From a virus: a stretch of 14,776 nt of DNA. Shown here piece by piece: positions 5,419 through 13,995 of this stretch. The position numbers were made by a program, and so were the translations under genes. The notes below the pieces were generated by a model. The model searched no databases. It saw only the letters and a list, made by a program, of their open reading frames with translations, and was not told the origin of the DNA. Every line of letters begins with the position of its first letter. The first letter of the stretch is position 1. The stretch is taken from the UHGV virus genome UHGV-0099190, one strand, 5' to 3'.

Positions 5419-6318
5419 ATGACAAATACAGCAAAAATACTCAACTTCGGCAGAGGTAACTTTGCCGGACAGGAGCGTAATGTGGCAGATCTCGATGATG
5501 GTTACGCCAGACTATCAAATATGCTGCTTGAGGCTTATTCGGGCGCAGATCTGACCAAGCGACAGTTTAAAGTGCTGCTTGCCATTCTGCGTAAAACCTA
5601 TGGGTGGAATAAACCAATGGACAGAATCACCGATTCTCAACTTAGCGAGATTACAAAGTTACCTGTCAAACGGTGCAATGAAGCCAAGTTAGAACTCGTC
5701 AGAATGAATATTATCAAGCAGCAAGGCGGCATGTTTGGACCAAATAAAAACATCTCAGAATGGTGTATCCCTCAAAACGAGGGAAAATCCCCTAAAACGA
5801 GGGATAAAACATCCCTCAAATTGGGGGATTGCTATCCCTCAAAACAGGGGGACACAAAAGACACTATTACAAAAGAAAAAAGAAAAGATTATTCGTCCGA
5901 GAATTCTGGCGAATCCTCTGACCAGCCAGAAAACGATCTTTCTGTGGTTAAACCGGATGCTGCAATTCAGAGCGGCAGCAAGTGGGGAACAGCAGAAGAC
6001 CTGACCGCCGCAGAGTGGATGTTTGACATGGTGAAGACCATCGCGCCATCAGCCAGAAAACCGAATTTTGCTGGGTGGGCTAACGATATCCGCCTGATGC
6101 GTGAACGTGACGGACGTAACCACCGCGATATGTGTGTGCTTTTCCGCTGGGCCTGCCAGGACAACTTCTGGTCCGGTAACGTGCTGAGTCCGGCCAAACT
6201 CCGCGACAAGTGGACCCAGCTCGAAATCAACCGTAACAAGCAACAGGCAGTCGTGACAGCCAGCAAACCAAAACTCGACCTGACAAACACAGACTGGATT
6301 TACGGGGTGGATCTATGA
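5419..6318 (+). CDS. O: Replication initiator O (299 aa)
   Basis: 299-aa product beginning MTNTAKILNFGRGNFAGQERNVADLDDGYARL, essentially lambda O as I recall it; AGGAG RBS; contains the ori iterons. Confidence 0.95.
   Translation: MTNTAKILNFGRGNFAGQERNVADLDDGYARLSNMLLEAYSGADLTKRQFKVLLAILRKTYGWNKPMDRITDSQLSEITKLPVKRCNEAKLELVRMNIIKQQGGMFGPNKNISEWCIPQNEGKSPKTRDKTSLKLGDCYPSKQGDTKDTITKEKRKDYSSENSGESSDQPENDLSVVKPDAAIQSGSKWGTAEDLTAAEWMFDMVKTIAPSARKPNFAGWANDIRLMRERDGRNHRDMCVLFRWACQDNFWSGNVLSPAKLRDKWTQLEINRNKQQAVVTASKPKLDLTNTDWIYGVDL
5767..5895 (+). repeat. Replication origin (ori-lambda type): four 18-19 bp iterons (5767-5784, 5787-5804, 5811-5828, 5834-5852) followed by an AT-rich tract
   Basis: Direct repeats ATCCCTCAAAACGAGGGA / ATCCCCTAAAACGAGGGA / ATCCCTCAAATTGGGGGA / ATCCCTCAAAACAGGGGGA, each an internal inverted repeat, then an A-rich stretch; inside the O coding sequence as in lambda. 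Confidence 0.85.
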
Positions 6319-7016
6319 AAAACATCGCCGCACAGATGGTTAACTTTGACCGTGAGCAGATGCGTCGGATCGCCAACAACATGCCGGAACAGTACGACGA
6401 AAAGCCGCAGGTACAGCAGGTAGCGCAGATCATCAACGGTGTGTTCAGCCAGTTACTGGCAACTTTCCCGGCGAGCCTGGCTAACCGGGATCAGAACGAA
6501 CTGAACGAAATCCGCCGCCAGTGGGTTCTGGCTTTCCGGGAAAACGGGATCACCACAATGGAACAGGTTAACGCAGGAATGCGCGTAGCCCGTCGGCAGA
6601 ATCGACCATTTCTGCCATCACCCGGGCAGTTTGTTGCATGGTGCCGGGAAGAAGCATCCGTTATCGCCGGACTGCCAAACGTCAGCGAGCTGGTTGATAT
6701 GGTTTACGAGTATTGCCGGAAGCGAGGCCTGTATCCGGATGCGGAGTCTTATCCGTGGAAATCAAACGCGCACTACTGGCTGGTTACCAACCTGTATCAG
6801 AACATGCGGGCCAATGCGCTTACTGATGCGGAATTACGCCGTAAGGCCGCAGATGAGCTTGTCCATATGACTGCGAGAATTAACCGTGGTGAGGCGATCC
6901 CTGAACCAGTAAAACAACTTCCTGTCATGGGCGGTAGACCTCTAAATCGTGCACAGGCTCTGGCGAAGATCGCAGAAATCAAAGCTAAGTTCGGACTGAA
7001 AGGAGCAAGTGTATGA
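6315..7016 (+). CDS. P: Replication protein P (DnaB helicase loader, 233 aa)
   Basis: 233-aa product MKNIAAQMVNFDREQMRRIANNMPEQYDEK..., essentially lambda P from memory; start overlaps the O stop. Confidence 0.95.
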   Translation: MKNIAAQMVNFDREQMRRIANNMPEQYDEKPQVQQVAQIINGVFSQLLATFPASLANRDQNELNEIRRQWVLAFRENGITTMEQVNAGMRVARRQNRPFLPSPGQFVAWCREEASVIAGLPNVSELVDMVYEYCRKRGLYPDAESYPWKSNAHYWLVTNLYQNMRANALTDAELRRKAADELVHMTARINRGEAIPEPVKQLPVMGGRPLNRAQALAKIAEIKAKFGLKGASV

Positions 7017-7303
7017 CGGGCAAAGAGGCAATTATTCATTACCTGGGGACGCATAATAGCTTCTGTGCGCCGGACGTTGCCGCGCTAACAGGCGCAACAG
7101 TAACCAGCATAAATCAGGCCGCGGCTAAAATGGCACGGGCAGGTCTTCTGGTTATCGAAGGTAAGGTCTGGCGAACGGTGTATTACCGGTTTGCTACCAG
7201 GGAAGAACGGGAAGGAAAGATGAGCACGAACCTGGTTTTTAAGGAGTGTCGCCAGAGTGCCGCGATGAAACGGGTATTGGCGGTATATGGAGTTAAAAGA
7301 TGA
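7013..7303 (+). CDS. ren: Ren (96 aa)
   Basis: 96-aa product MTGKEAIIHYLGTHNSFCAPDVAALTGATV..., matching lambda Ren in size, position and recalled sequence; overlaps the P stop. Confidence 0.9.
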   Translation: MTGKEAIIHYLGTHNSFCAPDVAALTGATVTSINQAAAKMARAGLLVIEGKVWRTVYYRFATREEREGKMSTNLVFKECRQSAAMKRVLAVYGVKR

Positions 7304-7328
7304 CCATCTACATTACTGAGCTAATAAC

Positions 7329-7360
7329 AGGCCTGCTGGTAATCGCAGGCCTTTTTATTT
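7329..7360 (+). terminator. Intrinsic terminator between ren and ninB (tR2-like)
   Basis: 8-bp stem AGGCCTGC/GCAGGCCT with 8-nt loop followed by TTTTATTT. Confidence 0.6.
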
Positions 7361-7376
7361 GGGGGAGAGGGAAGTC

Positions 7377-7817
7377 ATGAAAAAACTAACCTTTGAAATT
7401 CGATCTCCAGCACATCAGCAAAACGCTATTCACGCAGTACAGCAAATCCTTCCAGACCCAACCAAACCAATCGTAGTAACCATTCAGGAACGCAACCGCA
7501 GCTTAGACCAAAACAGGAAGCTATGGGCCTGCTTAGGTGACGTCTCTCGTCAGGTTGAATGGCATGGTCGCTGGCTGGATGCAGAAAGCTGGAAGTGTGT
7601 GTTTACCGCAGCATTAAAGCAGCAGGATGTTGTTCCTAACCTTGCCGGGAATGGCTTTGTGGTAATAGGCCAGTCAACCAGCAGGATGCGTGTAGGCGAA
7701 TTTGCGGAGCTATTAGAGCTTATACAGGCATTCGGTACAGAGCGTGGCGTTAAGTGGTCAGACGAAGCGAGACTGGCTCTGGAGTGGAAAGCGAGATGGG
7801 GAGATCGGGCTGCATGA
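7377..7817 (+). CDS. ninB: NinB (Orf-family recombination mediator, 146 aa)
   Basis: Start at ATG 7377 (MKKLTFEIRSPAHQQNAIHAV...) with GGGGGAGAGGGAAG RBS; matches lambda NinB from memory. The track ORF starts 6 codons earlier. Confidence 0.9.
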   Translation: MKKLTFEIRSPAHQQNAIHAVQQILPDPTKPIVVTIQERNRSLDQNRKLWACLGDVSRQVEWHGRWLDAESWKCVFTAALKQQDVVPNLAGNGFVVIGQSTSRMRVGEFAELLELIQAFGTERGVKWSDEARLALEWKARWGDRAA

Positions 7818-8341
7818 CTATCAAATCAAATACGCCAGCACACGACAAGGACTGCTGGCAAACGCCGCTTTGGCTTTTTGATGCACTGGATATTGAGTTT
7901 GGATTCTGGCTGGATTCGGCAGCGAGCGACAAAAATGCTCTGTGTGCTCACTGGCTAACTGAGGCCGACGACGCGCTCAATTCTGAGTGGGTAAGCCACG
8001 GTGCAATCTGGAATAACCCACCGTACAGCAATATCAGACCGTGGGTGGAAAAAGCCGCTGAGCAGTGCATACAACAGCGACAGACGGTAGTTATGCTTGT
8101 GCCAGAGGATATGTCAGTCGGATGGTTCAGCAAGGCTCTGGAGAGTGTCGACGAAGTTCGTATTATCACTGATGGACGGATTAATTTTATCGAACCATCG
8201 ACAGGGCTGGAGAAGAAGGGAAACAGCAAAGGCTCCATGCTGCTGATTTGGCGACCGTTCATCAGTCCTCGACGGATGTTTACTACCGTATCCAAAGCGG
8301 CATTGATGGCGATCGGGCAGGGCGTCAGGAGGGCGGCATGA
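7814..8341 (+). CDS. Phage Dam-type DNA N6-adenine methyltransferase (175 aa)
   Basis: Start ATG 7814 overlaps the ninB stop (ATGA); contains the N6-adenine MTase motif IV NPPY ([13 protein letters not shown]); size typical of small phage Dam-family enzymes. Confidence 0.8.
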   Translation: MTIKSNTPAHDKDCWQTPLWLFDALDIEFGFWLDSAASDKNALCAHWLTEADDALNSEWVSHGAIWNNPPYSNIRPWVEKAAEQCIQQRQTVVMLVPEDMSVGWFSKALESVDEVRIITDGRINFIEPSTGLEKKGNSKGSMLLIWRPFISPRRMFTTVSKAALMAIGQGVRRAA

Positions 8342-8514
8342 GGCGACAGCGACGAAGTTTCACCGACATCATCTGCGAAAACTGCAAATACCTTCCAACG
8401 AAACGCTCCAGAAATAAACGCAAGCCAATCCCAAAAGAATCTGACGTAAAAACCTTCAATTACACAGCTCACCTGTGGGATATCCGGTGGCTAAGATATC
8501 GTGCGAGGAAATGA
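8338..8514 (+). CDS. ninE: NinE (58 aa)
   Basis: Start ATG 8338 ([58 protein letters not shown]) with AGGAGGG RBS, overlapping the MTase stop; agrees with my recollection of lambda NinE. Confidence 0.75.
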   Translation: MRRQRRSFTDIICENCKYLPTKRSRNKRKPIPKESDVKTFNYTAHLWDIRWLRYRARK

Positions 8515-8858
8515 CAATGGATTATTCACAGTTAAGTGATTTTGAAATTAACAGAATGGTAGGAGACATAATTTTTAAAGGCCTTTGGGCAAGTAAACCG
8601 GAAACATCAGGGAATAACACCAACAAATGGTATTACGGAAATGCTGATACAACTTTTGAGCCATTAAATCATTTGCCTGACTACTGCAATGATCCGAGCG
8701 CTTCATGGCCGATTATTGAGAAATACAGGATTTCTATCTTAGACCAGTTAACTGAATGGTGTGTGGATGCAAAAGGCGTAAGCCCAATATTTGATACCAG
8801 ACCTCTCCGCGCCGCCATGATTGTCTTTCTCCTGATGCAGGAGGCCAATAATGCTTAG
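8511..8858 (+). CDS. Hypothetical nin-region protein (about 115 aa)
   Basis: ORF with GAGG upstream; start ATG 8511 overlaps the ninE stop (ATGA); alternative start at 8517. No family recognised. Confidence 0.5.
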   Translation: MTMDYSQLSDFEINRMVGDIIFKGLWASKPETSGNNTNKWYYGNADTTFEPLNHLPDYCNDPSASWPIIEKYRISILDQLTEWCVDAKGVSPIFDTRPLRAAMIVFLLMQEANNA

Positions 8859-9045
8859 CCCATCTCAATCCCTTCAATACCTGAAAGGAAGCATAGAGCG
8901 GGCTTCAATGTGCACAGAGTGGATTCTATCTAGGTTTAGCGCATACAGAAGATTGCCGGTAAAGGGCATGCCAAGCAAGTCGATGCTGCATATGCAAAAG
9001 AATGCGCGCTGGAAGGTATGGCGAGAACACAGGTTATCTGGCTGA
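8851..9045 (+). CDS. NinF-like ORF (64 aa) with divergent C-terminus; possibly a chimeric or decayed gene
   Basis: AGGAGG RBS; N-terminus [21 protein letters not shown] resembles the lambda NinF N-terminus from memory, but the Cys-rich NinF C-terminus is not seen; a second ORF fragment in another frame follows (see findings). Confidence 0.4.
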   Translation: MLSPSQSLQYLKGSIERASMCTEWILSRFSAYRRLPVKGMPSKSMLHMQKNARWKVWREHRLSG

Positions 9046-9064
9046 AAGAGGGGGTTATTAAGGC

Positions 9065-9427
9065 GTGAATACCTACAGCATCACATTACCCTGGCCTCCG
9101 AGCAATAATCGCTATTACCGCCATAATCGCGGGCGCACGCACGTCAGCGCAGAGGGGCAGGCATACCGCGATAACGTCGCCCGAATCATTAAAAACGCAA
9201 TGCTGGATATCGGCCTGGCTATGCCTGTGAAAATCCGCATTGAGTGCCACATGCCGGATCGCCGTCGCCGTGACCTGGATAATCTGCAAAAAGCCGCTTT
9301 TGACGCACTCACTAAAGCAGGTTTCTGGCTGGATGATGCTCAGGTCGTTGATTACCGCGTTGTGAAGATGCCTGTTACCAAAGGTGGGAGGCTGGAACTG
9401 ACCATCACCGAAATGGGGAATGAATGA
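9065..9427 (+). CDS. rusA: RusA Holliday-junction resolvase (120 aa)
   Basis: GTG start 9065 with GAGGGGG upstream; product [37 protein letters not shown]... matches E. coli DLP12 RusA as I recall it. Confidence 0.9.
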   Translation: MNTYSITLPWPPSNNRYYRHNRGRTHVSAEGQAYRDNVARIIKNAMLDIGLAMPVKIRIECHMPDRRRRDLDNLQKAAFDALTKAGFWLDDAQVVDYRVVKMPVTKGGRLELTITEMGNE

Positions 9428-9564
9428 TGTTTGAGTTTAATATGGCAGAACTTCTTCGCCACCGCTGGGGGCGTCTGCGCTTATATCGTTTCCCCGGTTC
9501 TGTTTTGACCGATTACCGAATACTGAAGAATTACGCCAAAACCCTGACAGGAGCAGGAGTATGA
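9424..9564 (+). CDS. ylcG: YlcG-like small protein (46 aa)
   Basis: Hand translation [46 protein letters not shown]; start overlaps the rusA stop (ATGA); position between rusA and Q as in DLP12. Under 60 aa, so absent from the ORF track. Confidence 0.5.
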   Translation: MMFEFNMAELLRHRWGRLRLYRFPGSVLTDYRILKNYAKTLTGAGV

Positions 9565-9649
9565 AGTCAGAGATAACAATCAACTAATACTGTTTTGTTG
9601 ATTTTTGCTTGTAATTGGCGTTCTGGTCTGATTTTTGTGGAGTAAGTTG

Positions 9650-10033
9650 ATGCGTGATATTCAGATGGTTCTTGAGCGTTGGGGAGCGTGGGCGGCTAAT
9701 AATCATGAAGATGTGACCTGGTCGTCCATTGCCGCCGGTTTTAAGGGATTAATTCCTTCAAAAGTAAAATCTCGCCCGCAATGTTGTGACGATGACGCGA
9801 TGATCATTTGCGGGTGCATGGCCCGTCTGAAAAAGAACAACAGCGATTTGCACGATTTATTAGTAGATTATTATGTAGTCGGTATGACATTCATGTCACT
9901 GGCAGGTAAGCATTGCTGCTCTGATGGTTATATCGGGAAAAGGTTACAGAAGGCTGAGGGCATAATTGAAGGGATGTTAATGGCATTAGATATCCGGTTA
10001 GAGATGGATATCGTTGTTAATAACTCTAATTAA
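9650..10033 (+). CDS. Q: Late-gene antiterminator Q (127 aa), phage 82 / QuuD type
   Basis: Start ATG 9650 ([24 protein letters not shown]...); 127 aa, matching the DLP12 QuuD / Q82 family in length and recalled N-terminus; followed by the pR'/tR' region. Confidence 0.85.
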   Translation: MRDIQMVLERWGAWAANNHEDVTWSSIAAGFKGLIPSKVKSRPQCCDDDAMIICGCMARLKKNNSDLHDLLVDYYVVGMTFMSLAGKHCCSDGYIGKRLQKAEGIIEGMLMALDIRLEMDIVVNNSN

Positions 10034-10072
10034 TATGCCAATTGTTTACTAAAAATTATTAAAAATGGGGCG

Positions 10073-10103
10073 TTGAGACGCCCCCAAAAATAAAGGGTAA
10101 TAT
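10073..10103 (+). promoter_or_regulatory. Candidate late promoter pR' (-35 TTGAGA at 10073-10078, -10 TAATAT at about 10098-10103) with overlapping qut region
   Basis: Located about 40 nt downstream of the Q stop and about 70-100 nt upstream of the strong tR' hairpin; the gggTAATAT context resembles lambda pR' gggTAAATT from memory. The 19-nt spacer is long. Confidence 0.3.
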
Positions 10104-10172
10104 ATAACAGAAGGTTTATATAGTTAGAAGCAAGGTTGTGCTCCTAAAGGAAGTGGCTTGAGGGAGCCACTT

Positions 10173-10212
10173 ATATGTTGGGGAGGCAAAGCCTCCCGCA
10201 ACATATCTTTTT
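10173..10212 (+). terminator. tR'-type intrinsic terminator of the short late leader transcript
   Basis: About 15-bp GC-rich stem with one bulge and AAA loop (10173-10206) followed by CTTTTT; a second 8-bp hairpin (10151-10172) lies immediately upstream. On the opposite strand the same hairpins follow the porin gene stop. Confidence 0.6.
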
Positions 10213-10222
10213 CGTAATCAGA

Positions 10223-11305
10223 TTAGAACTGATACACCAGACCTACAGCGACGATGTCGTCGGTATCAATACCAGCTGTTTTGGTAAACTTACTATCGTC
10301 AATTAAGTTGATTTTGTAATCAACAAAAGTGGACATGTTTTTATTAAAGTAGTAAGTAGCACCGACATCGACATACTTGACTAAGTCTCGGTCACCATGA
10401 ACACCAAGGTCTTTACCTTTTGACTGAAGGTAAGCAACAGATGGTCGCAGACCGAAGTCAAACTGATATTGTGCTACTGCTTCAAAGTTTTGTGCTTTGT
10501 TTGCAATATGGTTATTACCAAAAACGGTCATATTCTGAGTTTCAGAATATGTGGTAGCCAGATAGATATTGTTCGCATCATATTTCAGGCCTGCAGCCCA
10601 TACTTCCGCATTTTTGCCGGAGGCATTGAATTTGCTCTTACCATAGGCGACCTGACCGTCAGTGCGATCTGATTTAGCATAGGTTGCACCCACGCCGAAT
10701 CCTTCATACTCATAAGTAGTGGAGAAACCGAAACCATCACCATTGGCTTCAGTTACGTCAGTGCGGTCATTTTTACCCTGATACTGAGCAGCAAAGTTCA
10801 GGCCATCGACCAGACCAAAGAAGTCGTTGTTACGATAGGTTGCAACACCAGTTGCACGTTTAGTCATGAACACGTCGGTTTGAGTCCAAGTGTCACCACC
10901 GAATTCTGGCAGGACGTCAGTCCACGCACCGATGTCGTATGCTACACCGTAGTTACGGCCGTAATCGATGGAGCCGTAGTCACCGAATTTCAGGCCAGCG
11001 AAGGCAAGACGGGTTTTATCTTTGGAGGAACCTTGAGATTCAGCGCGGTTGCCTTTGAATTCATATTCCCACTGACCGAAACCAGTCAGTTGATCGTTGA
11101 TTTGGGTTTCACCTTTGAAGCCAAGACGGGCATAAGTAGTATCACCATCATCTGCATCATTAGAGGAGAAGTAGTGCTTAGCATTAACTTTCCCGTACAG
11201 ATCCAGCTTGTTACTGTCTTTATTATAAATTTCAGCTGCCTGAGCAGACATCGCCATCAGTACTGATGCAGCTACAGCAGAAATTGCCACTGTTAATTTT
11301 TTCAT
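10223..11305 (-). CDS. nmpC: Outer-membrane general porin, OmpC/OmpF family (NmpC/Lc-like), with signal peptide; intact
   Basis: Start ATG 11305 ([23 protein letters not shown] / AEIYNKD...) with AAGGG RBS; C-terminal VGLVYQF beta-barrel signature; between Q and S as in DLP12 and phage PA-2; antisense to the late operon. Confidence 0.9.
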   Translation of the reverse strand: MKKLTVAISAVAASVLMAMSAQAAEIYNKDSNKLDLYGKVNAKHYFSSNDADDGDTTYARLGFKGETQINDQLTGFGQWEYEFKGNRAESQGSSKDKTRLAFAGLKFGDYGSIDYGRNYGVAYDIGAWTDVLPEFGGDTWTQTDVFMTKRATGVATYRNNDFFGLVDGLNFAAQYQGKNDRTDVTEANGDGFGFSTTYEYEGFGVGATYAKSDRTDGQVAYGKSKFNASGKNAEVWAAGLKYDANNIYLATTYSETQNMTVFGNNHIANKAQNFEAVAQYQFDFGLRPSVAYLQSKGKDLGVHGDRDLVKYVDVGATYYFNKNMSTFVDYKINLIDDSKFTKTAGIDTDDIVAVGLVYQF

Positions 11306-11732
11306 CGTGAGCCCTTTTTTTGAACTATTATTAAAAAATGATGTCACTGCGCGATAAATATTCATCTAATCAATGTGATTATTTCAAGATGTAAGTTTTG
11401 GTTTCTCGTTTGATTTGTGAAGTAGATCTCTATTTTTATCTGAACTTTTTTCTATCGAATCCTATTCATGGCTCTTGGCTGAATAAAAATAAATCTATTA
11501 GTCAATTTGTATTAACGGCTGTTATTTATAAGTGCTCTATAATTTGAAGGTTCAATTTAAACCGGCTAAAAATAACACTGGAAATTATTTGTTGGTTATT
11601 TGTTGAGATTTGCTTATGTATTTGTAGTGGTGTTTTCAATACTCGGTAGCATTCTCGCAAATATCATTTAGTGGTTTACGTACGTAAAAAATTGGTTATG
11701 CTGTTAAGAGTGGTTACTTCGTCACACAGCTT

Positions 11733-11765
11733 AAACCCGCCGTCGAGCGGGTTTTTCCATTTTTT
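11733..11765 (+). terminator. Intrinsic terminator in the porin-S intergenic region
   Basis: 8-bp stem AAACCCGC/GCGGGTTT with 6-nt loop followed by TTTTTCCATTTTTT. Confidence 0.5.
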
Positions 11766-11877
11766 GAGTCTCGATATTAGCTGATAACCCAATACCTGAG
11801 TTATTCACTGACTCCGAGTCTGTTACGTTTCGTAGTATTCCCTCAATTTACACCCGCTTTGTCTGCGAGGTGGGGTT

Positions 11878-12093
11878 ATGAAATCCATGGATAAGTTAAC
11901 AACGGGTGTCGCCTATGGCACCTCAGCAGGTAGTGCCGGTTACTGGTTTTTACAGCTGCTCGATAAAGTCACGCCCTCACAGTGGGCAGCAATAGGTGTG
12001 CTGGGTAGCCTGGTATTTGGCCTGCTGACGTACCTGACAAACCTTTATTTCAAGATTAAAGAAGATAAGCGCAAGGCTGCGAGAGGTGGATAA
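11878..12093 (+). CDS. S: Class II holin / pinholin (71 aa), phage 21 S-type
   Basis: 71-aa product [31 protein letters not shown]... with GAGGTGGGG RBS; two TM segments; closely resembles S21 / EssD from memory. Confidence 0.85.
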
Positions 12094-12590
12094 TGCCTCC
12101 ATCATTACGAAAAGCTGTTGCTGCTGCTATTGGTGGCGGGGCTATTGCTATAGCATCTGTGTTAATCACTGGCCCAAGTGGTAACGATGGTCTGGAAGGT
12201 GTGAGACATAATCCTTACAAAGACATAGTTGGTGTATGGACTGTATGTTACGGGCATACAGGAAAAGACATCATTCCCGGTAAAACGTATACCGAAGCAG
12301 AGTGCAAAGCCCTCCTGAATAAAGACCTTGCCACTGTCGCCAGACAAATTAACCCGTACATCAAAGTCGATATACCGGAAACAACGTGCGGCGCTCTTTA
12401 CTCGTTCGTCTACAACGTGGGTGCTGGCAATTTCAGAACATCGACGCTTCTTCGCAAAATAAACCAAGGTGATATCAAAGGCGCATGTGATCAGCTACGG
12501 CGCTGGACATACGCTGGCGGTAAGCAATGGAAAGGTCTCATGACTCGTCGTGAGATTGAGCGTGAAATCTGTTTGTGGGGTCAGCAATGA
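12093..12590 (+). CDS. R: SAR endolysin (lysozyme, 165 aa), R21-type
   Basis: N-terminal Gly/Ala-rich signal-anchor-release segment ([20 protein letters not shown]) followed by a lysozyme-like domain; start overlaps the S stop. Confidence 0.9.
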   Translation: MPPSLRKAVAAAIGGGAIAIASVLITGPSGNDGLEGVRHNPYKDIVGVWTVCYGHTGKDIIPGKTYTEAECKALLNKDLATVARQINPYIKVDIPETTCGALYSFVYNVGAGNFRTSTLLRKINQGDIKGACDQLRRWTYAGGKQWKGLMTRREIEREICLWGQQ

Positions 12591-13045
12591 ACAGAGTAAC
12601 CGCGATTATCTCCGCTCTGGTTATCTGCATCATCGTCTGCCTGTCATGGGCTGTTAATCATTACCGTGATAACGCAATCGCCTACAAAGAGCAGCGCGAT
12701 AACAAGGCCAGTGAACTGGAGAAGGCGAACGCCACCATCGCTGACATGCGGAAGCGTCAACGTGATGTAGCAGAACTCGACGCAAGATACACAAAGGAGC
12801 TTGCTGATGCTAACGCGACTATCGAAAGTCTCCGTGCTGATGTTTCTGCTGGGCGTAAGCGCCTGCAAGTCGCCGCCACCTGTGCAAAGTCAACGACCGG
12901 AGCCAGCGGCATGGGCGATGGAGAAAGCCCAGGACTTACAGCAGATGCTGAACTCAATTATTACCGTCTCCGAAGTGGAATCGACAGGATAACCGCACAG
13001 GTTAACTACCTGCAGGAGTACATCAGGACGCAGTGCTTAAAATAA
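12587..13045 (+). CDS. Rz: Rz i-spanin (about 152 aa)
   Basis: Start ATG 12587 overlapping the R stop (ATGA); N-terminal TM anchor then coiled-coil-like, charged periplasmic domain. Confidence 0.8.
   Translation: MNRVTAIISALVICIIVCLSWAVNHYRDNAIAYKEQRDNKASELEKANATIADMRKRQRDVAELDARYTKELADANATIESLRADVSAGRKRLQVAATCAKSTTGASGMGDGESPGLTADAELNYYRLRSGIDRITAQVNYLQEYIRTQCLK
12801..12992 (+). CDS. Rz1: Rz1 o-spanin lipoprotein embedded in the +1 frame of Rz
   Basis: Lipobox LLGVSAC followed by a proline-rich segment ([14 protein letters not shown]); entirely inside Rz in another frame, the typical embedded spanin arrangement. Confidence 0.65.
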   Translation: MLMLTRLSKVSVLMFLLGVSACKSPPPVQSQRPEPAAWAMEKAQDLQQMLNSIITVSEVESTG

Positions 13046-13084
13046 TTTTAATTTCACTGAAATTTAACAAGTGACTTTCAGGAA

Positions 13085-13112
13085 AATGCCTCGCAGATGC
13101 GGGGCATTTTTG
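13085..13112 (+). terminator. Intrinsic terminator after the lysis cassette
   Basis: About 10-bp stem (AATGCCTCGC / GCGGGGCATT, one G-U pair) with 4-nt loop followed by TTTTTGT. Confidence 0.55.
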
Positions 13113-13263
13113 TACCGGTATTTCACCGCGCACCGCAGCGCACAATAAACACCGAACCTGACCCTTTGGAATGGGCCTTTGAGGATACCAGTTAGTGCTG
13201 GCGAGCCTCGGTGGGCTGGTTTCCTGTGCGGCAAAGGTTCATTTCAAAGAAGCAGGCAACGCC

Positions 13264-13812
13264 ATGAATGAATTAATTGCGAATCATGACTTCGACTTTC
13301 GCCAGTTAGTTACCGCAGCAGAAGGTCAACCGGTAACTGACACCTTCCAGATTGCCAGGGCATTTGGTAAACGCCATCAGCATGTGATTAGGGCTATTAA
13401 ATGTTTGAGATGTTCTGAGGAATTCTCGACAACCCATTTTTGGGCCGTCGAGAAAATCAATGACTTAGGGATTTTTGACAAGAAACAGATTTACTACCGC
13501 ATGGACTTTAGTGGCTTCGTTATGCTGGTTATGGGATTTAACGGAGCAAAAGCCGATGCTGTTAAAGAAGCCTATATCAATGCGTTTAACTGGATGTCAG
13601 CAGAACTCCGTAAGTACAGCGAAAGTTATGAAGCAGAACGTAACGCCGTAATGCTGGAGTACATGAAAGAGAAGGATGTCGCCAGCATGTCAGTCCGTCT
13701 GCTCAATCGCTGGGGGAGAACGAAAAAACCTCAATTGCTTGCAAAGCTGGAACGTCTGGAGAGACAGGGACAGTTTTTATTACCGGGATTCGATAAAGGT
13801 ATTCAAGCCTGA
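13264..13812 (+). CDS. Rha/AntA-like phage regulatory protein (about 182 aa)
   Basis: ORF with probable start at ATG 13264 (MNELIANHDFDFRQLV...); N-terminal region (FQIARAFGKRHQHVIRAI) resembles the Rha/AntA antirepressor-type domain. The track start is an upstream GTG. Confidence 0.5.
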   Translation: MNELIANHDFDFRQLVTAAEGQPVTDTFQIARAFGKRHQHVIRAIKCLRCSEEFSTTHFWAVEKINDLGIFDKKQIYYRMDFSGFVMLVMGFNGAKADAVKEAYINAFNWMSAELRKYSESYEAERNAVMLEYMKEKDVASMSVRLLNRWGRTKKPQLLAKLERLERQGQFLLPGFDKGIQA

Positions 13813-13995
13813 CACATTATGCGCTGTATCGTCGCCGTATTCCCGCATTAACCATGACCGTAGCCCGACGGGGAATTCCTTCTGCGCGAGTGTGCGGGAA
13901 TAATCAAAAACGATGCACACCGGGGTTACCGGGTACACATATTTCATCATGCCAGCGAGTCCGGTTCTGGCACGGAAGAAACCGGACGTTATGAT

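Noticed and set aside
5967-6290. 107-aa and 64-aa minus-strand ORFs inside O
   Set aside because: Antisense shadow ORFs within the highly conserved O gene; GC-rich third-position artefact.
7948-8472. 174-aa minus-strand ORF
   Set aside because: Antisense to the well-supported methyltransferase and ninE genes; no RBS; the product looks like a shadow ORF.
9086-9312. 67-aa and 65-aa minus-strand ORFs inside rusA
   Set aside because: Antisense to rusA, which matches the known resolvase; shadow ORFs.
12162-12957. Minus-strand ORFs (101, 74 and 66 aa) within the R and Rz genes
   Set aside because: Antisense to clearly identified lysis genes; no start-site signals. Only the plus-strand embedded Rz1 frame (12801-12992) has a functional signature (lipobox).
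13195-13263. Upstream extension of the Rha-like ORF from a GTG start
   Set aside because: The extension (MLASLGGLVSCAAKVHF...) looks unstructured and lacks an RBS; ATG 13264 is the more plausible start.
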